DNA of 64,000 bases from Candidatus Poribacteria bacterium (GTDB taxonomy: Bacteria > Poribacteria > WGA-4E > WGA-3G): contig OZ240248.1 in the NCBI GenBank assembly GCA_965198235.1, positions 32,001-96,000 of the forward strand, written 5' to 3'. The notes beneath the pieces were generated by a model that did not search any database, was not told where the DNA came from, and saw only the letters and a program-made list of their open reading frames with translations. Position 1 is the first letter of the stretch. Every line of letters begins with the position of its first letter. Positions 29,821-39,401 of this stretch are shown piece by piece. A program made the position numbers and the translations under genes.

Positions 29821-29944
29821 TATTCAATTGGCTGATGAATTGAAGAGACTATGTATCCCTAAGGTTAAACGGACTGCTTTATAATCACTCATTGGCTGAT
29901 AGCGTCCACGTTTTCAATAAAATAATCCAAGTTGCCACCTATTC

Positions 29945-30019
29945 ATAGACATAGCACCCCTACGGGGTGCGGTTGCTTAAACACGCCATTTTCTATAGAC
30001 ATAGCACCCCTACGGGGTG
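29945..30019 (-). repeat. REP-like direct doublet, 25-bp unit, 50-nt period
   Basis: ATAGACATAGCACCCCTACGGGGTG at 29945 and 29995; reverse complement is hairpin + CTATGTCTAT, same family as 10098. Confidence 0.85.
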
Positions 30020-30108
30020 GGAAGCCCCTGAAAAACCTTGTTGAAACGTCCAAAATTTGTTAGTAGCAACTTGAGTTAAAATAACTAAAATAAGAACGGA
30101 GGTAATTG

Positions 30109-30999
30109 ATGAAAAAATTGCTCATTGCAATTTTTATAGTGTCTCTGACTGTCATTGGATGTGAAATCCCTTATACAGGTCCCATGCTAACGGTTGATGA
30201 TGTAGACCAGTATCTTCACTCGACTGGTGAAGACGCTGTCTGCCTGCAAGACGGACTTGACTCTATCTGCGTAAAGCTTACTCCGGGATCCCAGGGACCC
30301 AGAGGACCCCAAGGACCCAGAGGACCCCAAGGACCACAGGGACCCCAGGGGCCCAGAGGACCCCAAGGAGAACAAGGAAGCCCTGGTGTAAACGCTCCAA
30401 CCATCCACATTCATGAAAACAGTATCCTTTACGATTTCTATTATGAAGACAGACTGATTCTGCGCGCAGAAAGGGAAACGGACACCACCCAGATTATAGC
30501 GCAGTTGACAGCACAAGAGCAGGATGGTAATGGTAGTTTCAATAACGGCGGCGATAACGATGATCCGACGGTGCCAACAGTACAGCCAAGTGCTGTCGAT
30601 ACACGCAAGAAAGTAGGGTGGATCGTGTGGATAACCTACCCAGATATAGATGGTGACAGACTCGGTGACACACCCAAGGGGGCAGGAACGAATTTTAATG
30701 TGGACACCGGACTTCAGGTCACAGTACACGCCAGAGATGAAAACGGCTTTGTGGAAAACCTTACTACATCATACGAGAAAGATGAGAATGGTAATAAAAT
30801 TCCCGTAGTCAGGAGTGTCGCACAAACCAAAGGGGGTCCCGGCGGAGATGCCCTTCAATTCTTCGTTTCAACGAAATTAAGTGAAATGGTTATTAGCGTC
30901 ATCGATTTATTCCCCAACCATAAGGCAATATTCACAATGACAGGTGATCAGGGTAGTGTAACGCCAGTAACTTCTACGTTCAAACTAAGTCCTCTGTAA
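30109..30999 (+). CDS. Collagen-like lipoprotein
   Basis: Lipobox VIGC; about 12 Gly-X-Y triplets (GPQ/GPR); RBS GGAGG. Confidence 0.88.
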   Translation: MKKLLIAIFIVSLTVIGCEIPYTGPMLTVDDVDQYLHSTGEDAVCLQDGLDSICVKLTPGSQGPRGPQGPRGPQGPQGPQGPRGPQGEQGSPGVNAPTIHIHENSILYDFYYEDRLILRAERETDTTQIIAQLTAQEQDGNGSFNNGGDNDDPTVPTVQPSAVDTRKKVGWIVWITYPDIDGDRLGDTPKGAGTNFNVDTGLQVTVHARDENGFVENLTTSYEKDENGNKIPVVRSVAQTKGGPGGDALQFFVSTKLSEMVISVIDLFPNHKAIFTMTGDQGSVTPVTSTFKLSPL

Positions 31000-31617
31000 A
31001 GTTGGTGATTTAGCGATTGGCAGAGGCACGTAAGTGGAAGCACCATGGTATCCTTTTAACCCGTAGATTGGCTTGAATGCAGTGAACCCAACGCAACTTC
31101 CTACCGCGAAAAACGCGTCTATACAGATAGCGTCCCCCAACACACGACAACGTTTCAGACACAAAAACTCTTAAAATCCGCAAAATTGACTTAATCCGCA
31201 ATTCAGACAATACACACCACACTCGTTCTGACACTTTATCCCTATTTTTATAGCACTTTTTCGTAACGCCCTCAGAAAAATGACGTTATTACCTTTGTAG
31301 GAAACTATTGAAAATTCGCGCGATTTCAACCGCGCCCGCAAAACAGGATAACCAAATTATAGTGAAATCCAAAAATTTATAGAGGCATGGAACTGGGCAC
31401 TTACTGGCCCATTAGAGAGGTTTCCGAACCGCGTCCGCAACAGTGTATCGGTAATTGTAGATTTTACTATAATGAGGTTTCAGAAAATACCTCGGTAATC
31501 CTATGTTTTCCGCAGGCACGGTAGGTGCGGGGTCTTTGCTTGGGGTTTTTTAACCTCGCCAACTATAGTGTCTAAGTAATTCTAAAATCTACCATAAAAT
31601 AAGAACGGAGGTAATTA

Positions 31618-32688
31618 ATGAAAAAATTGCTCATTGCAATTTTTATAGTGTCCCTAACTGTCACTGGATGTGAGCTCCCTTATACAGGTCCCATACTAAC
31701 GGTTGATGATGTAGACCGATATCTTTACTCAGTTGGTGAGGACACTGCCTGCCTGTTAGCCGGGTTTGATTCCATTTGCCTAAAGGTTATTCCGGGACCT
31801 CAAGGACCACAGGGACCCCAAGGACCACTGGGACTCCAAGGACCTCAAGGGCCTCAAGGACCCAGAGGACCCCAAGGACCACTGGGAAACCCTGGTGCAA
31901 ACACCCCCATCATCCACATTCATGAAAGAAGTATTGTTTACGACTTCTATTATGAAGAAAAACTTGTTCTGCGCGCAGAGAAGCAGACGGACACCTCCGA
32001 ACTCTTAGCATTATTAGCGGCACAACAAGGTAGTAATCAGGGTGGTGGCAATAACGGCAACATTGGCGGTGGAAACGGCGGTGGTAATGGAAACGGCGGT
32101 GGCAATGGAAACGGAAACGGAAATGGAAATGGAAACGGTGATGGAAACGGCAACGGTAATGGCAACGGTAATGGCAATGGCAACGGCAATGGTAATGGAA
32201 ACGGCGGTGGTGGTAATGGGGGCCCTGATGGAAACGGCAGCAATGGACAGGACCGACCGCCTCCAGCAAAACCAGGTCCCATTGATACACACCGCGTTTA
32301 CCCCGTGGATGAGCAAGGCGACTTGTTGCCAGGCAAGAAAGTAGGGTGGATCGTGTGGGTATACTATCAAGAGCCAGCCCCCGACAATCGTGGACTCACA
32401 TTTGGAACTAGCGGATTTATGGTCGACGTATATGTGGATGGTACTCACCAAGAAGATATAAACGCCAGTACAAGTATAGTACAAACCGCAGGCACCGATG
32501 ATCAGGGTGAGCAGGATCATAGCATTCAGTTCTTTGTTTCAACTAAAGATCTACCTGCTTCTCATAAGATAGAGATTAGGGTAACGGGTTTAATATCCGT
32601 CAACCATGTAGCAACATTTACGCTTCCAGACACGGTGACTCCAGGAGAGACTACTTTCCAAGACGGTCCTCTGGAAAGTAGTGATTGA
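31618..32688 (+). CDS. Collagen-like lipoprotein with Gly-Asn repeat tract; paralog of 30109..30999
   Basis: Near-identical upstream region and N-terminus; about 12 Gly-X-Y triplets; long (GN)n; shared KKVGWIVW and QFFVSTK. Confidence 0.88.
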   Translation: MKKLLIAIFIVSLTVTGCELPYTGPILTVDDVDRYLYSVGEDTACLLAGFDSICLKVIPGPQGPQGPQGPLGLQGPQGPQGPRGPQGPLGNPGANTPIIHIHERSIVYDFYYEEKLVLRAEKQTDTSELLALLAAQQGSNQGGGNNGNIGGGNGGGNGNGGGNGNGNGNGNGNGDGNGNGNGNGNGNGNGNGNGNGGGGNGGPDGNGSNGQDRPPPAKPGPIDTHRVYPVDEQGDLLPGKKVGWIVWVYYQEPAPDNRGLTFGTSGFMVDVYVDGTHQEDINASTSIVQTAGTDDQGEQDHSIQFFVSTKDLPASHKIEIRVTGLISVNHVATFTLPDTVTPGETTFQDGPLESSD

Positions 32689-32805
32689 GGAGATTGACAA
32701 AGGCACAAGTGGAAGGTTTTAGGTGTGATGGAATTTGCACGTTCCCTTCTTTGACAGCGTACCTCCAGAATCCATGAGCGGTTAATAACTGCTCTGGGTG
32801 GGAAT

Positions 32806-33048
32806 GTAGGTTGGGTTGAACGGTCAGGATCCAAAGGTTAAGGTATCACAGACCCCCGATGCCTGACCCGGACGATCTTATTGTAGAGATACCGAGTGAA
32901 ACCCAACATTTTCCGTTACCGGTTGCGTGAATCTATCGATATGAAGTTGGGTTTCACTCTGTCGCTCGGGGATACGCCGGTGTATTAGGTTTGGCGTATG
33001 TTTGGGATAGGCATATTATATTTCTTAGAACCGTTCAACCCAACCTAC
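32806..33048. repeat. Complete 243-bp palindromic REP/REPIN-like element
   Basis: GTAGGTTGGGTTGAACGG-68-CCGAGTGAAACCCAAC-38-GTTGGGTTTCACTCTG-69-CCGTTCAACCCAACCTAC. Confidence 0.85.
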
Positions 33049-33234
33049 GGAAACTTCTATTCACTAAATTGACACCTATGGGTGTTTCTTCAAGTAACCC
33101 CGCCAATCTTTTGATCTATGCGTAATTGTATATTTTGCTGTAAATATCCCTAAAAAAGTCGAGTCGTTCAATTCTCCTGTAGGAGGGATCTCCGAATCCT
33201 GGGGAAACACCCAAGCAAAAACACTCCCTCTTCT

Positions 33235-33416
33235 GTAGGAGCGACCTCCCGGTCGCGACCTTGTGAGAACATCTGACTCCTGACAATATTGGCTTTCAGC
33301 TATCAGGGTGGTGGCTACGCCACCTCTCGGCTATCAGTGACTGACATAGCGTCGCTTCCAACCTAAATCCTCTATTCTGCTAACCGCTATTGTAGGAGCG
33401 ATCTCCCGGTCGCGAC
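33235..33416 (+). repeat. GTAG-type REP pair
   Basis: GTAGGAGCGA(C/T)CTCCCGGTCGCGAC at 33235-33259 and 33392-33416. Confidence 0.8.
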
Positions 33417-33480
33417 TTTTCAAACAAAATGGCTAAAAAACCGATAACTGAATAACGCTGCTAAAATAGTTGAGATGAAG

Positions 33481-33509
33481 TTGTAAACCGCTGCAGAGTT
33501 GGGTATAAT
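33481..33509 (+). promoter_or_regulatory. Sigma70-type promoter upstream of the repeat element and obgE
   Basis: TTGTAA-17-TATAAT. Confidence 0.55.
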
Positions 33510-33519
33510 TAATAAAGAG

Positions 33520-33836
33520 CATAGGTGTCAATTTAAGAAAAGACTTCATCGTAGATGTTTTTGATAGGGTGTTTCCCCAAGGTTGAACGGGTGGGACCAA
33601 AACGCCAGCAACTCAAAGAAAACCGATGTTGGGTCGATACATCTTCCATTGCAGAGCACCGAGAGAAACCCAACGCTTTCCCGTGTGGTTACTTGGGATG
33701 TGAGGGTATAAAGTTGGGTTTCACTGCGTTGTTGATAGCATACAATTGGTATCATTTTCAAAGCGTACTTAGGGTGTCGGCACTGTCCTTTTTAGTTCCG
33801 TTCAACCCAACCTACAGCACTAAATTGACACCTATG
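33520..33836. repeat. Second copy of the 243-bp element enclosed by 16-bp perfect inverted repeats (MITE-like)
   Basis: CATAGGTGTCAATTTA (33520-33535) / TAAATTGACACCTATG (33821-33836); internal 68/38/69 spacing; another copy of the 16-mer at 33065-33080. Confidence 0.8.
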
Positions 33837-33932
33837 TGTATAATTAATTCAAGCGTATTACAGTGACAAGGCGTTTTGGTTGACACAACAGACAGTCGGA
33901 GTTCAACCCTTATTCTCTAAAGGGTGTAGTCT

Positions 33933-35222
33933 ATGGACACAGCAAGGATTCAAGTAAAAGCAGGTAACGGTGGAAACGGATGCATCAGTTTCCGCAGGGA
34001 AAAATATGTCCCTCACGGCGGTCCCGATGGCGGGGACGGTGGTAATGGCGGGAACGTCCTCGTCGTCGCTACCCTTGGGATGAGTACGCTGATCGACTTG
34101 CGTCATAATCCGCGTCAGGTCGCTGAAAACGGTGGACACGGCACTGGCAAGCAGCGAGACGGTGCAGATGGCGCAGATTGTATCGTTAGAGTTCCTGCCG
34201 GCACCATCGTCAGAGACCTCAATACAGCCGAGCTGCTTACAGATCTGACGGAGCCTGATGAAACTGTTGTTATTGCGCGCGGGGGAGTTGGTGGTAAAGG
34301 TAATACCCGTTTTAAGAGCAGCACCTTTCAGGCACCGCGCGTTGCAGAAAAAGGGGAACCGGGGGCAGAACGCGAGATACGCCTCGAAGTCAAACTCATC
34401 GCTGATGTCGGATTGGTTGGCTATCCGAACGCCGGTAAATCGACACTACTGGCGCGAACCTCTGCCGCGACCCCGAAAATCGCCGCCTATCCGTTCACCA
34501 CACTCCGTCCGAATTTAGGGGTTGTCCGCATCAATCGGGAGCAGAATTTCGTCCTCGCCGACATCCCTGGGTTGATAGAAGGCGCCCACAAAGGGGCAGG
34601 CTTGGGGCATCAATTCCTACGGCACATTGAGCGCACAAAAATGCTGATTCATGTCATCGATCTGAGCGCGACAGATGGACGAGATCCGATTCAAGACTAC
34701 GAACAACTCAACCTTGAACTGGGGCATTACAACGAACTGCTAACAAAACTTCCGCAAATCATCGCCCTGAATAAGATAGATATGCCGGACGCTGAGGCGA
34801 ATTTGGAACGCGTCCAAAAATATTTTGATAAGCGGAAAGTCTTTCCTATCTCTGCAGTTACAGGCGAGGGGGTAAACCCACTCATACAACAAGCGTATCG
34901 TTCCCTACAATACCTTGAAACGCGCGCCCGAAAGGAAGCGGAGACGACGATTGTCTTTGAAGAGGAACTCCCCCCAGAGCCGCGCGCACGGTTTGAACTT
35001 GCTGAGACACAGGAAGGATTTGTTGTCAACGGTGAGGAACCTCGCCGCGCTGTCCTCATGACCGACATGGAAAATGAGCAAGCACTGATTCTACTGTACC
35101 GGAAACTGAAAAGGATCGGAGTGATTAACGCACTGGAACGCGCAGGGGCAGTGGAAGGAGACACCATTCAAATTGATGAATTTGAGTTCACCTATAGCCC
35201 ACGAGCAATGCGATCCCGCTGA
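33933..35222 (+). CDS. obgE: GTPase ObgE/CgtA with C-terminal OCT domain
   Basis: FRREKYVPHGGPDGGDGG, GYPNAGKST, YPFTT, DIPGLIEGA, NKID. Confidence 0.97.
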   Translation: MDTARIQVKAGNGGNGCISFRREKYVPHGGPDGGDGGNGGNVLVVATLGMSTLIDLRHNPRQVAENGGHGTGKQRDGADGADCIVRVPAGTIVRDLNTAELLTDLTEPDETVVIARGGVGGKGNTRFKSSTFQAPRVAEKGEPGAEREIRLEVKLIADVGLVGYPNAGKSTLLARTSAATPKIAAYPFTTLRPNLGVVRINREQNFVLADIPGLIEGAHKGAGLGHQFLRHIERTKMLIHVIDLSATDGRDPIQDYEQLNLELGHYNELLTKLPQIIALNKIDMPDAEANLERVQKYFDKRKVFPISAVTGEGVNPLIQQAYRSLQYLETRARKEAETTIVFEEELPPEPRARFELAETQEGFVVNGEEPRRAVLMTDMENEQALILLYRKLKRIGVINALERAGAVEGDTIQIDEFEFTYSPRAMRSR

Positions 35223-36339
35223 ACAGCGCGCCTGCTTGTCAGACGTGAAACGCATTGTCGTAAAAGTTGGCAGCAGTACCATTTCAAAAGGAGCACACCT
35301 CAACGAAGATGCACTTCATGGGCTCGTCCACGATTTAGCACTCGTTAAACAGGACGGTGTGGAGGTTATTCTTGTTACATCTGGGGCAATCGCCGCGGGT
35401 TGGCCCCGACTCGGTCTGAAACAACGTCCGCAGACGCTACCGCGCTTACAAGCCGCCGCCGCTGTTGGACAGATCCAGTTGATGACAGTTTACGAGGAGC
35501 TATTTCGCAACTATGGACAGCGGACGGCACTCATGCTCCTTACACGCGACGATTTCTCGAACCGGAAACGCTACACCCGCATGAACGATACCCTCCGCGC
35601 ACTTCTACATCTCGGTGTGATTCCGATTATCAACGAAAACGACACCGTCGCCGTGGACGAGATTCGGGTTGGCGATAACGACACGCTCTCTGCTTACGTA
35701 ACAAACCTCGCCCAAGCACAACTCCTCGTTATCCTTTCAGATCAGGCTGGTTTTTACACCGCAGACCCCAGACACAATCCTAACTCGGAATTGATACATA
35801 CCGTTACGACCATCTCAGAAGGAGTCTGGAAAGCCGCCGGGCACGCTGGCACAACAAGCGGCACTGGCGGGATGGTGACGAAATTACAAGCCGCTGATAT
35901 CGTCACCGGATCCGGAGAGATGATGGTGATGGCATACGGGCAGGAACCGCTTGTCGTAACGAGACTCTTGAAGGGTGAGCTTCTCGGAACGTTATTCCTT
36001 CCAAATTCCCGTATCTCTGGAAGGAAACGGTGGATCGCCTATTCACGTCCGCCTAAAGGCAGACTCTTTGTGGATAACGGCGCACGGGACGCGCTCGTGC
36101 AAGGTGGTAAAAGCCTACTACCTGCTGGCATCCGACGCGTTGAAGGCGATTTTGACTATAGCGATACGGTCTCCTGCCTCACCGAAAACGGCACGGAATT
36201 CGCACGCGGTTTGGTGAACTATAATGCCGTGGAGACTGCCAAACTCGCAGGAAAACACACCAAGCACATTGAAAATATTCTCGGCTACCGCGATTACGAT
36301 GAAATCATACATCGGGATAATTTGGTATTACTCGACTGA
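35176..36339 (+). CDS. proB: Glutamate 5-kinase with PUA domain (start uncertain)
   Basis: RIVVKVGSS, VTSGAIAAG, INENDTV, GDND, GTGGMVTKL, GKSLLPAG. Confidence 0.95.
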   Translation: MNLSSPIAHEQCDPAEQRACLSDVKRIVVKVGSSTISKGAHLNEDALHGLVHDLALVKQDGVEVILVTSGAIAAGWPRLGLKQRPQTLPRLQAAAAVGQIQLMTVYEELFRNYGQRTALMLLTRDDFSNRKRYTRMNDTLRALLHLGVIPIINENDTVAVDEIRVGDNDTLSAYVTNLAQAQLLVILSDQAGFYTADPRHNPNSELIHTVTTISEGVWKAAGHAGTTSGTGGMVTKLQAADIVTGSGEMMVMAYGQEPLVVTRLLKGELLGTLFLPNSRISGRKRWIAYSRPPKGRLFVDNGARDALVQGGKSLLPAGIRRVEGDFDYSDTVSCLTENGTEFARGLVNYNAVETAKLAGKHTKHIENILGYRDYDEIIHRDNLVLLD

Positions 36340-36620
36340 TTTCGCTCATCTACGGATATTCCTAACTTCGCCGGGTGCCCGCACCTTTTTTATACCATTT
36401 CTGGTTAATATATCTCCTAATTGTAGCATAGGAAACTGTTAGCCTGTGCCGTATCGCGCCACATTTCATAAAACCGGTAATGAAACATGAATTTTTAGAA
36501 ATGGTATTACAACAAAATTTGGCTGTGCAACTCCCTTGAAAATTTTCCAAAACTTATGTTATAATACCAACCACTATTTCCAATTACCATCTATCTATAG
36601 CAACCTCTCAAAGGAACACC

Positions 36621-37883
36621 ATGAACGGAAACATTCAAAAACTGATCCAATCGCAGGCACAAAAGGCAAAATCGGCGATGCGTGTTTTATCACGAAGTTC
36701 CGCCGATGTCCGAAACCATGCGCTTTTAGCGATGGCTGAAAGCTTACAGAATTCCAAAGATAAAATTCAGGATGCAAATCGAATTGACCTCGAAAAAGGC
36801 GAAAAAACCGGACTCGCTGCACCACTCATGCAACGCCTCCTATTGGACGACAAGAAGATTGAACGGATGGTGGACAATCTCCGTCAAGTTGCTGCCCTCC
36901 CCGATCCGATTGGCGCGATCATCAGTATGGGGGAACGTCCCAATGGGCTCAAAATTGGCACAGTTCGCGTGCCTATCGGTGTCGTCGCTGTGGTATATGA
37001 GTCGCGTCCCGACGTTACTGTTGAGGTATCAGCACTCTGCATCAAGTCCGGAAACGGAGTTATCCTCCGGGGCGGATCCGAAGCAATCCACTCCAACACA
37101 ACGCTTGCGGATATCCTCAGTGATACCGCTGCTGCAGAAGGCGTGCCAGACGCCATCCAGTTCGTTAACACGACCGACCGGCAAGCAGTTTATGAACTCA
37201 TCCGATTGCCAGACTACGTTGACCTCATCATTCCACGTGGTAGCAACGAATTCGTCCAGTTTTTGATGAAAAAATCCGATGTCCCGGTGTTAGGACATGC
37301 CGATGGCATCTGTCATATCTACGTTGACGAAGCCGCCGACCTTGATATGGCAACCAAGATTTGCATGAATGCGAAAGTTGGCTACAAGGTTGCTGTCTGC
37401 AATGCCGTAGAGACACTCCTTGTCCATACCGATGCCGCCGAGAAATTTCTTCCTATCCTCTGTGACAAGTTAAAGGGTGCGGATGTCGAAATCCGTGGAT
37501 GCGAACAAACGCAGCAAATCTATCCGGCAGCGAAATCCGCAACCGAAGAAGATTGGCGTACAGAATACCTCGATTATATCTTATCCGTTCGGGTGGTAGA
37601 TGACATAGGCACAGCAATTGATCACATTGAAACTTACGGTTCACATCATTCTGATGCGATTATCACCGAAAGTTACAGCGCGGCGCAACGGTTTCTCAAA
37701 GAGGTGGATTCCGCCGCAGTCTATGTCAATGCCAGCACTGTCTTCACTGACGGCTACGAATTTGGATTAGGTGCCGAGGTCGGGATTAGCACACAAAAAC
37801 TTCACTCCCGCGGACCGATGGGGCTTGAGGGATTGACGACTTATAAGTATATCGTCTACGGAGACGGTCAAGTGCGTGAGTAA
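36621..37883 (+). CDS. proA: Gamma-glutamyl phosphate reductase
   Basis: VPIGV...YESRP, LRGGSEA, VCNAVETLL, GAEVGISTQKLHSRGPMGL. Confidence 0.97.
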   Translation: MNGNIQKLIQSQAQKAKSAMRVLSRSSADVRNHALLAMAESLQNSKDKIQDANRIDLEKGEKTGLAAPLMQRLLLDDKKIERMVDNLRQVAALPDPIGAIISMGERPNGLKIGTVRVPIGVVAVVYESRPDVTVEVSALCIKSGNGVILRGGSEAIHSNTTLADILSDTAAAEGVPDAIQFVNTTDRQAVYELIRLPDYVDLIIPRGSNEFVQFLMKKSDVPVLGHADGICHIYVDEAADLDMATKICMNAKVGYKVAVCNAVETLLVHTDAAEKFLPILCDKLKGADVEIRGCEQTQQIYPAAKSATEEDWRTEYLDYILSVRVVDDIGTAIDHIETYGSHHSDAIITESYSAAQRFLKEVDSAAVYVNASTVFTDGYEFGLGAEVGISTQKLHSRGPMGLEGLTTYKYIVYGDGQVRE

Positions 37884-37912
37884 TTTCGTTTACGCCTTTC
37901 CTCAATCGCGTC

Positions 37913-39256
37913 ATGTCCACTCATGCACCTCAGTCCCAAGCCTCTCTCCTCAAGAACGTACTTATTATTACGCCGCTTAGTCTGATTGGACGTGCGGGAA
38001 CACTTCTTATCTACGTCGTTCTCGCCAATTGGTTCGGCGACCCGGCAGAAATGGATTTCATCTACTATTACTGGGGCATCGCTGTATTCCTGATAGAATT
38101 GCTCAGTGCCGCTTCCGCCTATTCCGTCCTCGTCCCGATGTTAGCTGAAGCCCGTGCGAAAGGCGAAACCGAGGCACAACGTTGTGTACAATCCATTTTT
38201 TCCCGATATATCATATTCATGCCGGGACTCTGCTGCCTCCTCGTCTTCCTTTCATGGGCTGTTTCCCAACCTTTTTTACCGAGCATGGGGCTCCCATCCT
38301 CTACGACAATCGGCATCGTGTGCGGATTCCTCTGCTTCGCGATCATCGCCGCAGCCCGCTGGATGCTCAAAGCGATCTTAGACACCTACCAAGCCTTTCA
38401 TCTTCCGGTCATTGTACAGGGACTCCGTGCTATTCTTGTCATCGGTGTGATATACCTATGCAAGCCGTTTCTGACTTGGTTTAGCATACCACTTGCCCTG
38501 ATCATCGGCGAGCTTTTCCAATTGCTTCTCCTATTTCGACGATGCTGTACTGTCCTGAATCTATCTGTACTTCATCTTAAACTCAGTTGGCAGACGACAC
38601 CCTACACGACACAATTCCTGCGGCAATGTCTACTGATGATGGGTGCAGCGATCTCAGACGGGTTAAACCCAGTTGTTGACAGAGGCATGGCGAGCTCATT
38701 GGGAGCAAGTTCTGTCTCGAAATTGGATTACGCGCTTCGTCTGTGTGCAATCCCTGAAACACTTACAGGTGTAACGCTTCCAGTCTTACTTTCGCATTGG
38801 GCAAAAATATCGTCTACCGACTCGCAATCCGGGAACGGTCTAACTGCTAACGGGATGCAGCTACAGCGAAGTGTCTGGCAAAGTGTCGTTGCGCTACTAA
38901 TCCTAATGGCACCGTTCCTGATAGGCTTTTACCTTTTACGGGTGGACATTGTCGCGCTATTGTATGGACACGGCGAATTGTCCGAGGCGGGACAGTCCCA
39001 TATCGCTTCGCTGCTCGGCATCTATCTATTAGGAATGCTTCCACGTTTAATCAGTCGCTTGCTAATCCGGGCACATCTCGCACGTCAAGCCCACCGGACT
39101 GTTGTCACGGCAACGCTTATCAGGCTTATCCTAAACCCTTTTCTCAATTGGGTTTTCATGCAATATTGGGGGTTAGAAGGAATCGCTTGGTCAACAGCGT
39201 TGTTGTCCTACCCAATTCTTGCATATATTGCGTTTATGTTTTGGCGGGGAAGATGA
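37913..39256 (+). CDS. MurJ/MviN-like (MOP superfamily) flippase
   Basis: About 12 TM segments; VDRGMASSLG...LDYALRL, VLLS, GLEGIAWST. Confidence 0.75.
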   Translation: MSTHAPQSQASLLKNVLIITPLSLIGRAGTLLIYVVLANWFGDPAEMDFIYYYWGIAVFLIELLSAASAYSVLVPMLAEARAKGETEAQRCVQSIFSRYIIFMPGLCCLLVFLSWAVSQPFLPSMGLPSSTTIGIVCGFLCFAIIAAARWMLKAILDTYQAFHLPVIVQGLRAILVIGVIYLCKPFLTWFSIPLALIIGELFQLLLLFRRCCTVLNLSVLHLKLSWQTTPYTTQFLRQCLLMMGAAISDGLNPVVDRGMASSLGASSVSKLDYALRLCAIPETLTGVTLPVLLSHWAKISSTDSQSGNGLTANGMQLQRSVWQSVVALLILMAPFLIGFYLLRVDIVALLYGHGELSEAGQSHIASLLGIYLLGMLPRLISRLLIRAHLARQAHRTVVTATLIRLILNPFLNWVFMQYWGLEGIAWSTALLSYPILAYIAFMFWRGR

Positions 39257-39401
39257 TGACATTGAACAAACCAAAAAAAATCTCAACGGGAACGACCTTT
39301 GAAACGGAAATGTTATTGCTTCGTAACCTCCGGTATGTTACAATATTAGGCCTATCAGAAAAAACACCACCCAATGCGCTGGTGTCAAAAGAGGGATTTG
39401 T

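Noticed and set aside
35173-35240. Programmed frameshift or fusion between obgE and proB
   Set aside because: No slippery site; overlap is explained by an upstream ATG (35176) or a TTG (35236) start
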